DNA of 64,000 nt from a virus, in the IMG/VR virus record IMGVR_UViG_3300017824_001452, one strand, 5' to 3'. This document shows, piece after piece, positions 40,301 through 49,081 of the stretch (within the stretch, counting starts at the first letter, position 1; each line of letters begins with the position of its first letter). A program made the position numbers and the translations under genes. The notes under the pieces are model-generated. The model was given only the letters and a program-made list of their open reading frames with translations. It ran no database searches and was not told where the DNA came from.

Positions 40301-43300
40301 AACTAACGTATTTACAGATTACGGAAGACCTGTAGCATTTAATGAAAGGGGAATGATTCAATTAGGTGTTGGGGAACAAAAAAATAATAGTTATCATAGT
40401 AAAAACGATTCAATGTCAGACTTTGTAGATTCTGCTAGGGGAGGTGCAGGAAGTATTACACCTAACACACCTCTTTATAATGAACTAATGGAACGTTTTC
40501 CCGAGTTGGCAAATTATATTGCTGAAAAGAGTAAAGAGATTGGAGATGTTAGAACTCAAAATCTAACAGAAGAAGATATAATTGAAGTAGGACAAAACAG
40601 AGTTTATATATTTAAAAACCATGATGGCTCTGATTGTTATTATATTACCCCAATAGCAAATGAAATTAGACGAACCAATGGTGAAATTAGTGATAGACAT
40701 ATATCATCTGAAACTGAAAGAAGTATGTCGCAATATCAACGAACTGCCCACACATTAAACCCAAGAAAAATAGCAGGGCATGAAGAAGATTGGGAAGATG
40801 ACGATCATTGGAACTCTGGTGAATCGTATGTGATTAACTTTGAAAGTACAGAAAGCAATCCTTTCTTACAAGTTCCTTTGTACATAGATCCTTTTAGAGG
40901 TGTTGCAGAATTACAAGTCAATGCAATCGAATTCGATAATGATAATAAAAGATATACTGCTACTGAGGCTCCACAAAATAAACAATTTATTATTGATCAA
41001 TTAAGTGCTGTACCACAGCCCAATGAAGAAAATATGAACACGGCAAGTTTCACTGCTAGAAACTATCTTACAAGAGCAAAACAAAATCCAGAGTTAATGC
41101 GATGGTTAGAACAAAAGGCAGAAGAAGCAAATGCAAAGACAAATGGCGTGGGGGCATTTATTAATTTTTTACCTATAACAACAGAACAAATGACAATAGA
41201 CGTACCAAAAGTTCATGGTGTAGATGTAGTAGGTATTGCAAAAATAGGCATTTCAAATCCTTTATATATTTGGCAAGGAAGAAAGGCTATTTTTCAAAAT
41301 ATAGAAGACAGATTATTAGCAGGTTCAGAAAATTATTATCAGCGGCAGGAGAGTGACAACCCCGACCCTTACACTCAATGGGCCAATGAATATGCTAATT
41401 CAAAAGATTTAGCACCAAAACAAGAAGGCGGCAGTATTAGAGGAATGTCAAGGTTTATATCTGAGACAGTATCAGAAGGTGTTGTCGGCATAAAGCCTGA
41501 ATCCGGTGGCAAATTTTTAGATTATGACTATCATCGTACTACTGGCAGAGGCATTACTTTAACTCAAGTACCAGATGCTAAATGGGTAACAACAGGCAAT
41601 CAATTATTAAATTTAAATAAGATAGCCAAACCCAAAGAACTAAAACAAATGGGTTTATCACCTACACAGGCATGGGGTCCTCGACAGGTTGCTCAATTAC
41701 CTAATCCTCAAATAACAAATAAAGGTAAACCTTGGATTAATAACATTAAAGAATTTAAGTTTCCTGATGGCTTGGGTATTAATGCAAGTGGGTATGGTAA
41801 CAGATTGCCGCAAAAAGTTTTAGGTCCGGGAACAGGATATTTAATTACTTTAAATCCTATTAGTGATGAGCCTTATCGAAAACGTAAAGATGGTAAAATA
41901 GTAAACATGCAAAGTCCATGGCATACAGCAACTAGGGCTGTTAGAGATTTAGATTTACCTTGGGATTTTACTCATGGTGTTTTAGATTATTCAAGAGGAG
42001 ATTTTGAAAAGAAAAATACTATGATGATTTATTTTTCTAATAATCGTGTTGCTTATTTCTTAGAGCCAACTTATCACGGTGATTATAGACAGTTTAATCT
42101 ATCACAAGAACAAAAGAAAAAATTATTCTTTGATCCAGAAACAGGTCTTTTCCCTGAACTAAAACCTATATTTGATCAGTATGCAAAATCAAACAAATGG
42201 TTACGTGAAAATAAATGGCATTATATGCTGTCAAAAGTATTGTTTGAAAGTTTAGGAGATAAAGCATACTGGGAATTAAAAAAGAAAAAGCCAAAGCAAA
42301 ATTATGGTCAACTAGTATTCTTAAATAACATACGATTGACAGGAAGTTATAGTAACGAACAATTAAAAGCAATGGGCTTCTTTATGAAGAACGGCTCTTG
42401 GGCAATACAAAAGCCTAAGTATGACAGACTTGTCAGTGACGGTAAGTTAAAAGAAATGATTAACAGACCATTAAAGACTGGTACAAATAGAATACCTAAA
42501 GTAGGTAAAAAGAAAGTACAAGAAAACGTTTGGGCATTTGATGCAGAAAAAGCATTAGAGTTATTGAAAGAACCTTTACTAAGAGGTGGAGATAATGATG
42601 ATGTTGATTTAAGTTGTGAAGTGTGTCAAGGACATGGCTGTGGGCCAGGCTATGACATCAAAGATGACTTGAGACGTTGGAAAGAAATGCTTATTCCAGA
42701 TGCTGATTCAAAACCTGAACATCTTACAAACGAATACATTGAAGCAAGAGTAAAGAAACTAGAAGCACTTGTCAATAAGTATCCAAACGGAATACCTGAC
42801 AACATAGATTGCACTGCTGGCATGTCTAATATGAAACACAGAGAATATCAAAAGATTAAAAGACATGATGCAGAAGATGTATTAGATGATGTTATCGGTG
42901 ACGATGGGTTATTTGATGCTATGTCTGAATTAGATGAAGAAGATGATGTTAGACCACTAATAATGAATTGGCTTAATCCAGACTGGAGAGCAAAACAAAG
43001 ACCAGGGTTACCTGAATATCCACTAGTAGCAGATGTTGACTTTGCAGACCTATACAAAAGAGCAAGAAAAATTTATAACCCTTTACGTGTAGTTAAAGAA
43101 GGTAAGAAGTTACCTAGAACTAGTGAGTTCTTACATGTAAAAGAATTAGAAGACATTAAACGATTGTCTGGCGTGTATGAACGTTATCAGATACCAGTAC
43201 AAGTTGAAGGTGCAACATCAGCATATTCAGGTTCAAACATATCAAAGACTGCGGCAGAGATTGCAAAGATAATGAAAGAGAAAAACATTCAGCCCGGAAC

Positions 43301-43373
43301 TCCTGAATGGTTTCAACTGTGGTTTTCACTACCAAAAATGACTGGCGAAAAGCCAACCGGAGATATAAAATGA
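37308..43373 (+). CDS. Giant (2021 aa) repeat-containing protein with an N-terminal WC-motif (PcfJ-like) domain and C-terminal cargo modules
   Basis: AACRYGRGTRWCTAS motif, about 9 recurrent YPEL-ending segments, and C-terminal modules EDIKRLSGV and IQPGTPEWFQLWF. Confidence 0.65.
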   Translation: MLSSHFESILLEYKQSITAKKMGEGLVGRFNLDIIDFPSLLTPKLTKAFETMEQLDVQITDFENKKEQNEIKPEELAKLQPKIQKAQEQYNILENQIAVHILEKLEAADPTNNKGYVQWLARLYINGETSLEDVESTIADYLDKFHKLKIKRHLSNADIGQYKDFDAFMNDMDQYPNDVLDDDEAKNKTYKADKIYDENGVLIIHPKDKEAACRYGRGTRWCTASTRGHNYFASYNRRGPLYIFVPRKPDHPGEKYQFHFEDNVVADETDAYLDQDQLIRLVNRYPALKDAFQPQAEKYGLIYLQKPKRVMKGSNFTVEEYRKNDKPLYLMLGEMDVDGEYGKQDIYMLWKKDPNDDNYQIKKIGNSRYRDDTTLNVLEQHKLVNKYPELISKFGLKTKHLKKDPTRSQTKSGADIEMHGTTAVLKDKQGHSTSIELRDPDKSRIGDDKLLVHTQKTNPFTSKDKKEIRDQINPFEVTLEHPELIDLYSPLLDKKIKHEVRQHHGDAKDKRKFKEDLYQKYAPLMPYKLYDKGDVIIKSHVTPDGKPILDYIITKDNDKETNAITVVYRNQRDGNVDKIIQAEPRPLYDLADEEDYNLRTPAGDIYGNAEEESKYQRYYQRMNDSFRSSNALPFLPSISIIEKYPGLKELYKDTSLASPKTKEVSNANVKDFGKTKRESNKRSYYRNDWHDTTAETMRNFIVQPKDAEEGESYAISWSPEIPQLSEIYHSASDGTQTKIGDKQTKRHVLKSFPEIRALQIKDWDKFIKNNPEYDVKEHGAGDSSYNDDILQDWSFSPTEVVDNDRVIVSQFGPKQGDPFQLPSFEVFPKQKNPFGKVGDTFFIYLSLKDYRGKSGKISDIRIERIGKNTHHFVPVNKYGRTEKQGNEDFVQAGVQLRENQYSLDSKEIIDFFKYYPELRGMIKDENVHPKVPHPALAKQPEDSSENVQQMDGFKLEKQTTNDPNLDKYFIVPDEEKYPGEYYTMFEYHPLKTNPLGKSTNVFTDYGRPVAFNERGMIQLGVGEQKNNSYHSKNDSMSDFVDSARGGAGSITPNTPLYNELMERFPELANYIAEKSKEIGDVRTQNLTEEDIIEVGQNRVYIFKNHDGSDCYYITPIANEIRRTNGEISDRHISSETERSMSQYQRTAHTLNPRKIAGHEEDWEDDDHWNSGESYVINFESTESNPFLQVPLYIDPFRGVAELQVNAIEFDNDNKRYTATEAPQNKQFIIDQLSAVPQPNEENMNTASFTARNYLTRAKQNPELMRWLEQKAEEANAKTNGVGAFINFLPITTEQMTIDVPKVHGVDVVGIAKIGISNPLYIWQGRKAIFQNIEDRLLAGSENYYQRQESDNPDPYTQWANEYANSKDLAPKQEGGSIRGMSRFISETVSEGVVGIKPESGGKFLDYDYHRTTGRGITLTQVPDAKWVTTGNQLLNLNKIAKPKELKQMGLSPTQAWGPRQVAQLPNPQITNKGKPWINNIKEFKFPDGLGINASGYGNRLPQKVLGPGTGYLITLNPISDEPYRKRKDGKIVNMQSPWHTATRAVRDLDLPWDFTHGVLDYSRGDFEKKNTMMIYFSNNRVAYFLEPTYHGDYRQFNLSQEQKKKLFFDPETGLFPELKPIFDQYAKSNKWLRENKWHYMLSKVLFESLGDKAYWELKKKKPKQNYGQLVFLNNIRLTGSYSNEQLKAMGFFMKNGSWAIQKPKYDRLVSDGKLKEMINRPLKTGTNRIPKVGKKKVQENVWAFDAEKALELLKEPLLRGGDNDDVDLSCEVCQGHGCGPGYDIKDDLRRWKEMLIPDADSKPEHLTNEYIEARVKKLEALVNKYPNGIPDNIDCTAGMSNMKHREYQKIKRHDAEDVLDDVIGDDGLFDAMSELDEEDDVRPLIMNWLNPDWRAKQRPGLPEYPLVADVDFADLYKRARKIYNPLRVVKEGKKLPRTSEFLHVKELEDIKRLSGVYERYQIPVQVEGATSAYSGSNISKTAAEIAKIMKEKNIQPGTPEWFQLWFSLPKMTGEKPTGDIK

Positions 43374-43672
43374 AAGAAGTAAATTATGACGAATTAAATC
43401 GTATCAGAGAATTATCAGGTACGTTGCGTGAATCATGGCAAGAGAAAATGAAAGATAGACCTATGCCATTTGATGCACAAATATTAGATGATGAACCTGC
43501 AACTGTAATGAATCCTATCAGTGGTGCTACTATTAAACTTGACCCACAAGAAATTGCAGTATATGATGTTATCATGGGTGCGAACTTAACACAGCAATGG
43601 GACTTAGTAAGAAAAGGTTCTGACTGGTTTAGAAAACATAATCCAGAAGCATATATGGTTTTAATAGACTAA
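43370..43672 (+). CDS. Putative internal head protein
   Basis: Start corrected to 43370 (ggag RBS, ATGA overlap). ELNRIRELSGTLRE leader; NPEAYMVLID end. Confidence 0.65.
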   Translation: MKEVNYDELNRIRELSGTLRESWQEKMKDRPMPFDAQILDDEPATVMNPISGATIKLDPQEIAVYDVIMGANLTQQWDLVRKGSDWFRKHNPEAYMVLID

Positions 43673-43839
43673 TGAAGATAAGAGAAGTTATTACAGAGGC
43701 TGACGTAGAATACAGTTCTACAAAGCCCGGGAAACGTATGCACAAGATTGGTGATATATATGGTAAAAAGAATACCGATCTGCCCACCGCTAAATATAAA
43801 GATAATAGAAACGATAAACAAAAAGGAATATTTAAATGA
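43672..43839 (+). CDS. Small basic protein with CTS-like N-terminus (55 aa), missing from the ORF track
   Basis: MKIREVITEADVEYSSTKPGKRMHKIGDIYGKK...GIFK*; overlaps both neighbours (TAATG, ATGA). Confidence 0.8.
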   Translation: MKIREVITEADVEYSSTKPGKRMHKIGDIYGKKNTDLPTAKYKDNRNDKQKGIFK

Positions 43840-44321
43840 AAAAAATAGTATTTGGAGTAGTCGCAGTTGTAGTAATTTTACTTGCATTTGCAGGCTGCCA
43901 AGAAAAAAGACTCGGTAGTGATCCAGTCACATTAGCATTACAAGTTACTAATAAAGGAGATCAATCATTCCAATGTAAGCAAACTTGGGGTGTCGATAAA
44001 AAAGATGTTACTACTGATGTTGCTGTAGGACAAACTGTAAACTTACAGTCTAATACACATTCACCATCAGGATCAGTACTTACATGTTACATTACTCCGC
44101 CGACATCAGTAAAAGACCCTAATCCAGGTAATGGTAACTTTCAAATGAGTTATGGCTACTGGAGTGGCTCAGCACACGTAACATGTGATAACGATTGTAA
44201 CAAAGGTTATCCTACTGCATCAGTTCATTACACAGGTAATAATTGGAAATATACAGCAACTTTTGCAAAACCACAATCAGAACCTTACAACTCTGTTGTA
44301 ATCACTACCGGCGATCTCTAA
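43836..44321 (+). CDS. Predicted lipoprotein
   Basis: MKKIVFGVVAVVVILLAFAG|C lipobox; beta-rich mature domain with several Cys. Confidence 0.7.
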   Translation: MKKIVFGVVAVVVILLAFAGCQEKRLGSDPVTLALQVTNKGDQSFQCKQTWGVDKKDVTTDVAVGQTVNLQSNTHSPSGSVLTCYITPPTSVKDPNPGNGNFQMSYGYWSGSAHVTCDNDCNKGYPTASVHYTGNNWKYTATFAKPQSEPYNSVVITTGDL

Positions 44322-44322
44322 T

Positions 44323-44892
44323 ATGAAATCAAGGGACTTCAGAAAACTGAACGAGAGCATTGATTTTTCAGTGACGAAGTCCTATGTGGATGACAGAGGC
44401 AAAACCGTACATGATATGAGTCACTTTGGTGAACGCAAAGATGTAGATTGTTGGGTTTGTGATGGTACAGGTAAAGACAAATATTACGATGAAGCGGACT
44501 GTGATTATTGCGAGGGTAAAGGACAAAGACTTGAGTTTGTAAGTGATGCTCCTGAAATGAATGTCAGTAATTCTAATGCATTTAAAATCATTGATATGTT
44601 AGGATTAGAAAAAGTTGCAGGACATGTAGATAATAAAGATTTGCCTGCTGTCATGCGTAGACTTATACAATTAAAAAATGCAGACACATCACAATATACT
44701 GAGCCAGGTTCAATGACAGGCGGTAAGATAGGTGCGTATAAAGACAAAGACGGTATGGATAGAATAGGAAAAACAGGTATAACTATGTACCACGGTGGCA
44801 CTAGTGACAGACAAATAAATCAGTACATCGATCAATTAATAAAAATAGTTAAATTTGCCCAAGACAATGACGCCGACTTCGGTTGGGGATAG
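44323..44892 (+). CDS. Protein with DnaJ-type Zn finger, putative head protein
   Basis: CWVCDGTG...CDYCEGKG; MKSRDFRKLNE N-terminus. Confidence 0.65.
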   Translation: MKSRDFRKLNESIDFSVTKSYVDDRGKTVHDMSHFGERKDVDCWVCDGTGKDKYYDEADCDYCEGKGQRLEFVSDAPEMNVSNSNAFKIIDMLGLEKVAGHVDNKDLPAVMRRLIQLKNADTSQYTEPGSMTGGKIGAYKDKDGMDRIGKTGITMYHGGTSDRQINQYIDQLIKIVKFAQDNDADFGWG

Positions 44893-44895
44893 TCA

Positions 44896-45366
44896 ATGAA
44901 AATAAAAATCGTACCAACTGAACCTCGTTGCGGTGATTGTACAATGTGTTGTCAAACTGTAGGGTTTACAGGAGATTGGAAGATTACTGATCTTTACAAC
45001 GAAGCAGAAAAATTTGATATTGATTTCGGACCCTGGGAAACTTGCAATAAACTATGCGACACCGGGTGTTCTATACAAGAAAATAAACCTAGAGTCTGTA
45101 AAGAATTCTTTTGTCAATTTATAGAACGCAACCTTTCAGAAAAACACCATCCTAAAAATACAGGGTTTGTAACGTTTAGAGACGGTTTACCCTTAAACAG
45201 TCGAATTGTCATACACTCTAATGATAAAGAATTACCGCCCGATATTCAATACAAAAACAATAAAGAATTACTCAACGACATGTTAGATGAAATGCAAGAT
45301 AAATTAGGACAAGATTGGCTGTTTGCTCAATTAAGTACTAAAAAAGGTAAGATAAGAATACGATGA
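44896..45366 (+). CDS. YkgJ-like CxxCxxCC metal-binding (Fe-S/Zn) protein
   Basis: CGDCTMCC...CNKL...GCSI...KPRVCKEFFC. Confidence 0.75.
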   Translation: MKIKIVPTEPRCGDCTMCCQTVGFTGDWKITDLYNEAEKFDIDFGPWETCNKLCDTGCSIQENKPRVCKEFFCQFIERNLSEKHHPKNTGFVTFRDGLPLNSRIVIHSNDKELPPDIQYKNNKELLNDMLDEMQDKLGQDWLFAQLSTKKGKIRIR

Positions 45367-46805
45367 GATTTTTTATCTGCAAGGAAAAATCTAAATTTAC
45401 AAAAGACTGGAACATAGAAAATTTTGGTGATTGGTATTTTATACGTGAAAATGATGTTGAATTATTTGAAGGAGAAAATTTTATTGTATTACATTCCGGT
45501 TATTTAATTGACGATGACATAGATGAAGTTTGTAAAAACTTTAGTTTTAAAAAAACCAATGGAAATTTCTTTGCAATAAAACTCACCAAAGACAATTATG
45601 AATTAGCATTAGATTATTTTCAAAACCATAAATTGTTTATCGGTAACAAACACGGTATAGAAATTACTAACTATTTGCCCTACATGACAATTAAGCAAGA
45701 AGACATTGTTAGAACAAGTGTTAAACCAGATCAATATGAACGTGAACTATCAGAAACAGAACGCACTACTTATTATGATAAGATATTTATTTTTGATCCA
45801 GGCTATGATTACATACAAGATGCAAAAGATGCATTTGCACAAGAAATTTGGCATGATCAAGCAGAATTAACCGACTATATACATGGGTGTATGCAACAAC
45901 ACGCAGATATTATTAAAGAAAAATATCCAGTTAGGATGTGTTCTTTGAGTGAAGGATTTGATTCAGCAGTACAAGGTCAATTTTTTAAAGATGACCGACA
46001 ATTATTATATATTGTAGAGCCGTGCATTTCAGCAGAAAACCATAAAAAATTTATAAAATTAGCACAAGAACAGTTTCCTAATACGCATGTTATGGAATAT
46101 GAAACACAATATAACAGACAGCATTGCCTAGATCACTTGACGGATTCTTCATGTCGTTGGCAATCTGTACTGCCAACACTGATGCAAGTAAAAATGCAAG
46201 ACATTAAACCTGATATTATCATGTACGGCAGTAATGGTAACGAGATGTTTTGTAGAGATTTAATACCTCATATGTTATTTTTGTGTTTACAGTATTATAA
46301 CACTGATAAAATTAAAATGAAAGAAGATTTTTTAGCAGATATACGAAACAAAAATAATCTATATGGCTCTACATATTCAATATTAAATTCTGAAGAAGAA
46401 CAGAACTCACACCACGGTTTTACTGCTATTGTTAATAAATTTGTTGACAAATGGTTTGACTCACCGAATACACACTATCTATCACATAAAAAATATGAAG
46501 AATTTGAAAATGAATTAATAAATCTTACAACTCCTAAATTATATACACGTGTAATTACAGGTAATATAAACATTATGGCTTCATCATTATACAGTGATAG
46601 AAAGATATTTTATGAATTTTTAAAATCTGATAACAATGTATTAAGTGGTACTGCAATGAACGCACCAACACAACGAGCATTGCTAGATAAATATAACTAT
46701 AAGTTTGTAACACCACGCAATGATGTAGTTTTTGCAGACTACAATGAATTATATACTACATCTTATGAAGCCACTATTGACCACGATTTAGAGCAAAACA
46801 TATGA
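45363..46805 (+). CDS. Asparagine synthetase-like ATP-pyrophosphatase (AsnB fold, no N-terminal Cys)
   Basis: SLSEGFDSA (PP-loop SGGxDS variant), MYGSNGNEMF (GxGxDE-like) and an N-terminal NGNFFAI...LDYF remnant of the Ntn domain. Confidence 0.6.
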   Translation: MRFFICKEKSKFTKDWNIENFGDWYFIRENDVELFEGENFIVLHSGYLIDDDIDEVCKNFSFKKTNGNFFAIKLTKDNYELALDYFQNHKLFIGNKHGIEITNYLPYMTIKQEDIVRTSVKPDQYERELSETERTTYYDKIFIFDPGYDYIQDAKDAFAQEIWHDQAELTDYIHGCMQQHADIIKEKYPVRMCSLSEGFDSAVQGQFFKDDRQLLYIVEPCISAENHKKFIKLAQEQFPNTHVMEYETQYNRQHCLDHLTDSSCRWQSVLPTLMQVKMQDIKPDIIMYGSNGNEMFCRDLIPHMLFLCLQYYNTDKIKMKEDFLADIRNKNNLYGSTYSILNSEEEQNSHHGFTAIVNKFVDKWFDSPNTHYLSHKKYEEFENELINLTTPKLYTRVITGNINIMASSLYSDRKIFYEFLKSDNNVLSGTAMNAPTQRALLDKYNYKFVTPRNDVVFADYNELYTTSYEATIDHDLEQNI

Positions 46806-47425
46806 GAGCAACAGAATTTATAAGTGAAGGATTTGCAGGAATACCTGATTATAAAACAATGCCTGCTTACAAACTTAAAAAAGCATCTAAAGGTAAACAC
46901 AAATTCTTTTTGCCTACAGACACTCCTGTCCCTGCAGGTGTATCTGCATTAGACGAATACAATTTAGATAATGAAAAAGGTTTGGGTGTCGTTCCTAATA
47001 ATACAGGCGGTCAACCAGACTATTTCGGTATTCGTGTTATGATGAAACCTTCTACATTTCATAAGTTAGCATTAAGTTTACCAAGAGATATGCGTAGTTC
47101 ACAATATGAAGATTTAGTTGATAAAGTTCGTAAGGGCGTCCCTATTGCAAGTCCTTTCTTATCTATTGTAATACCCGATGAGTGGGAAGAAGGCGATCTA
47201 TCACAGCCTGCGAAGGTCACAGGGCACGAAGGAAGACACAGAATGTATGCAGTCGATGAAGTAGACGGAGACGTTCCAGTTGAAGTACATATATGGGGAA
47301 GATTTAAATCTAGTGAAATGCGTAGGCGACATCTCACCGATGAGATGATACAAGAACTAATAAATGGACTCGTTGACGAGACCGGAAATAATTACATTCC
47401 TAATATCGGCACACTAAAGAACTAA
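46802..47425 (+). CDS. ParB/Srx-like domain protein with CTS-like N-terminus
   Basis: PIASPFL...VTGHEGRHRMYA...VPVEV; MRATEFISE N-terminus. Confidence 0.65.
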   Translation: MRATEFISEGFAGIPDYKTMPAYKLKKASKGKHKFFLPTDTPVPAGVSALDEYNLDNEKGLGVVPNNTGGQPDYFGIRVMMKPSTFHKLALSLPRDMRSSQYEDLVDKVRKGVPIASPFLSIVIPDEWEEGDLSQPAKVTGHEGRHRMYAVDEVDGDVPVEVHIWGRFKSSEMRRRHLTDEMIQELINGLVDETGNNYIPNIGTLKN

Positions 47426-47426
47426 T

Positions 47427-49070
47427 ATGTCTAAAGGTCACATGATAATCATGGGTGGGTTTATCGAACTGCATGACAATATGTTTGAACAAGCCGATGA
47501 TCTTACAGAATATTGGTGGCCCAGTCTTAAACGAAGTGCAGGTAGTCATCGCATTGCAACTGTACTTAGAGAAGAAGGTTATGATGTAGAAGTACTTGAT
47601 TTTTGGCCTGCTTGGTCTCGTTTACAATTAATACAATTTTTTCAAACACATGTAAGAGAAGATACATTGGCAATTGGACTTTCAGTAATGTTTCCGTTCG
47701 GAAACATAGCCCGCAAGGGTGTCGGCGCTAAAAAGAAAATCCTAGAAATGCTTCAAACGATAAAATTTTTAAAAGAACTATATCCACATGTTAAATTTGT
47801 AGGAGGATCGCAAAATTTAGTATCGTTGACAGATTGGGATTTAGATTATTATGTAACTGGGTATGCAGAACTTGCAATTAGTGAACTGCTTAAATATTTT
47901 AAACGTGAATTTAATACTTTAAAAATAACAGAACGTAAACTAGATCATAAAAAAATAAATGTTATAGATTCTTTGCATGATTATCCAGCATATCCTATGC
48001 CTACTGCTCATATAAAGTATGAAGAACGAGATTATATAAAACCCACCGAAGTATTGTCTTTAGAACTTTCTCGAGGTTGTAAATTTGCTTGTAAGTTTTG
48101 TGCGTTTAGTTTATTGGGAGTAAGGGGAGATTATTCTCGGTGTAAGGATAGCCTTAGAGAAGAATTGTTAGATAATTATAACAAATGGGGAGTTACAAAT
48201 TATAATTGCACTGATGAAACAATCAATGATAAACCTGAAAAATTAGCCAAATATGCTGAAGTAATTAGAAGTTTACCGTTCCAACCCCATATGGGAGGAT
48301 TTATGAGAGCGGACTTGTTAGTAGCCAAACCTAGTACATGGCAAGATTTATATGATATGGGTTTACGATCACACTATTATGGTTTAGAATCTTTCAATCA
48401 TGAGGCGGCTAAGTATGTAGGTAAAGGCATGAACCCAGATAAACTAAAAAGTGGGTTACTTGAAGTACAAAAATGGTTTAAAGACAAAGAAGCAGGGAGA
48501 GGAGATTATAATGTCCATACATCAATAATTTTAGGATTACCGGGCGAGACAAAAGAGTCATTCCTTGAAGGTGCAGACTGGTTAAAGAATAACTTTGGTG
48601 GTCATTCATATGGGATATCTGTTTTGTATATGGGAGATTCTACTATGGCTAACTTTCTTTCGCATCCTTCAGAGTTTGAGGTTACATGGAGAGAAGGAGA
48701 TGTATTTAGACAATTATCATTAGAAGACCTAAAAGAATTAGATAAAGCAGATCCGATAAAAGATCCTGAAATTAGAACAGAAATATTTGAAAGAAATCAA
48801 GTTAAGTGGGAACATGATACTATGAACATTTGGGACGCATATAAAACATTTGACGAAATGATGGCTGATCCTAATTCATTAAAAAATCATGTCAGTGGAC
48901 CCGGTCCTTTTTCTTATCACAGATTTCTTACAACAGGTAAATATACAATGCAAGATATTTACGATAATACTTACGGAGAAAACGGTTTTGAACAAATAAC
49001 TGATAGTGATATAAATAGTCATAGAGAATTTCTTAATGATTATATTAATAAAAAATTAGGCAAAGAGTGA
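47427..49070 (+). CDS. B12-binding radical SAM enzyme
   Basis: ELSRGCKFACKFC (CxxxCxxC); N-terminal cobalamin-binding-like region (RIATVLREEGYDVEVLD, FVGG); GLES and IILGLPGET. Confidence 0.88.
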   Translation: MSKGHMIIMGGFIELHDNMFEQADDLTEYWWPSLKRSAGSHRIATVLREEGYDVEVLDFWPAWSRLQLIQFFQTHVREDTLAIGLSVMFPFGNIARKGVGAKKKILEMLQTIKFLKELYPHVKFVGGSQNLVSLTDWDLDYYVTGYAELAISELLKYFKREFNTLKITERKLDHKKINVIDSLHDYPAYPMPTAHIKYEERDYIKPTEVLSLELSRGCKFACKFCAFSLLGVRGDYSRCKDSLREELLDNYNKWGVTNYNCTDETINDKPEKLAKYAEVIRSLPFQPHMGGFMRADLLVAKPSTWQDLYDMGLRSHYYGLESFNHEAAKYVGKGMNPDKLKSGLLEVQKWFKDKEAGRGDYNVHTSIILGLPGETKESFLEGADWLKNNFGGHSYGISVLYMGDSTMANFLSHPSEFEVTWREGDVFRQLSLEDLKELDKADPIKDPEIRTEIFERNQVKWEHDTMNIWDAYKTFDEMMADPNSLKNHVSGPGPFSYHRFLTTGKYTMQDIYDNTYGENGFEQITDSDINSHREFLNDYINKKLGKE

Positions 49071-49081
49071 TAAATATTAAT

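Noticed and set aside
43669-43887. 72-aa minus-strand hydrophobic ORF
   Set aside because: Antisense to the better-supported plus-strand 55-aa CTS-leader gene.
45363-46805. Canonical lasso peptide cluster
   Set aside because: An AsnB-like enzyme is present, but no transglutaminase-like B protein, RRE or recognisable precursor.
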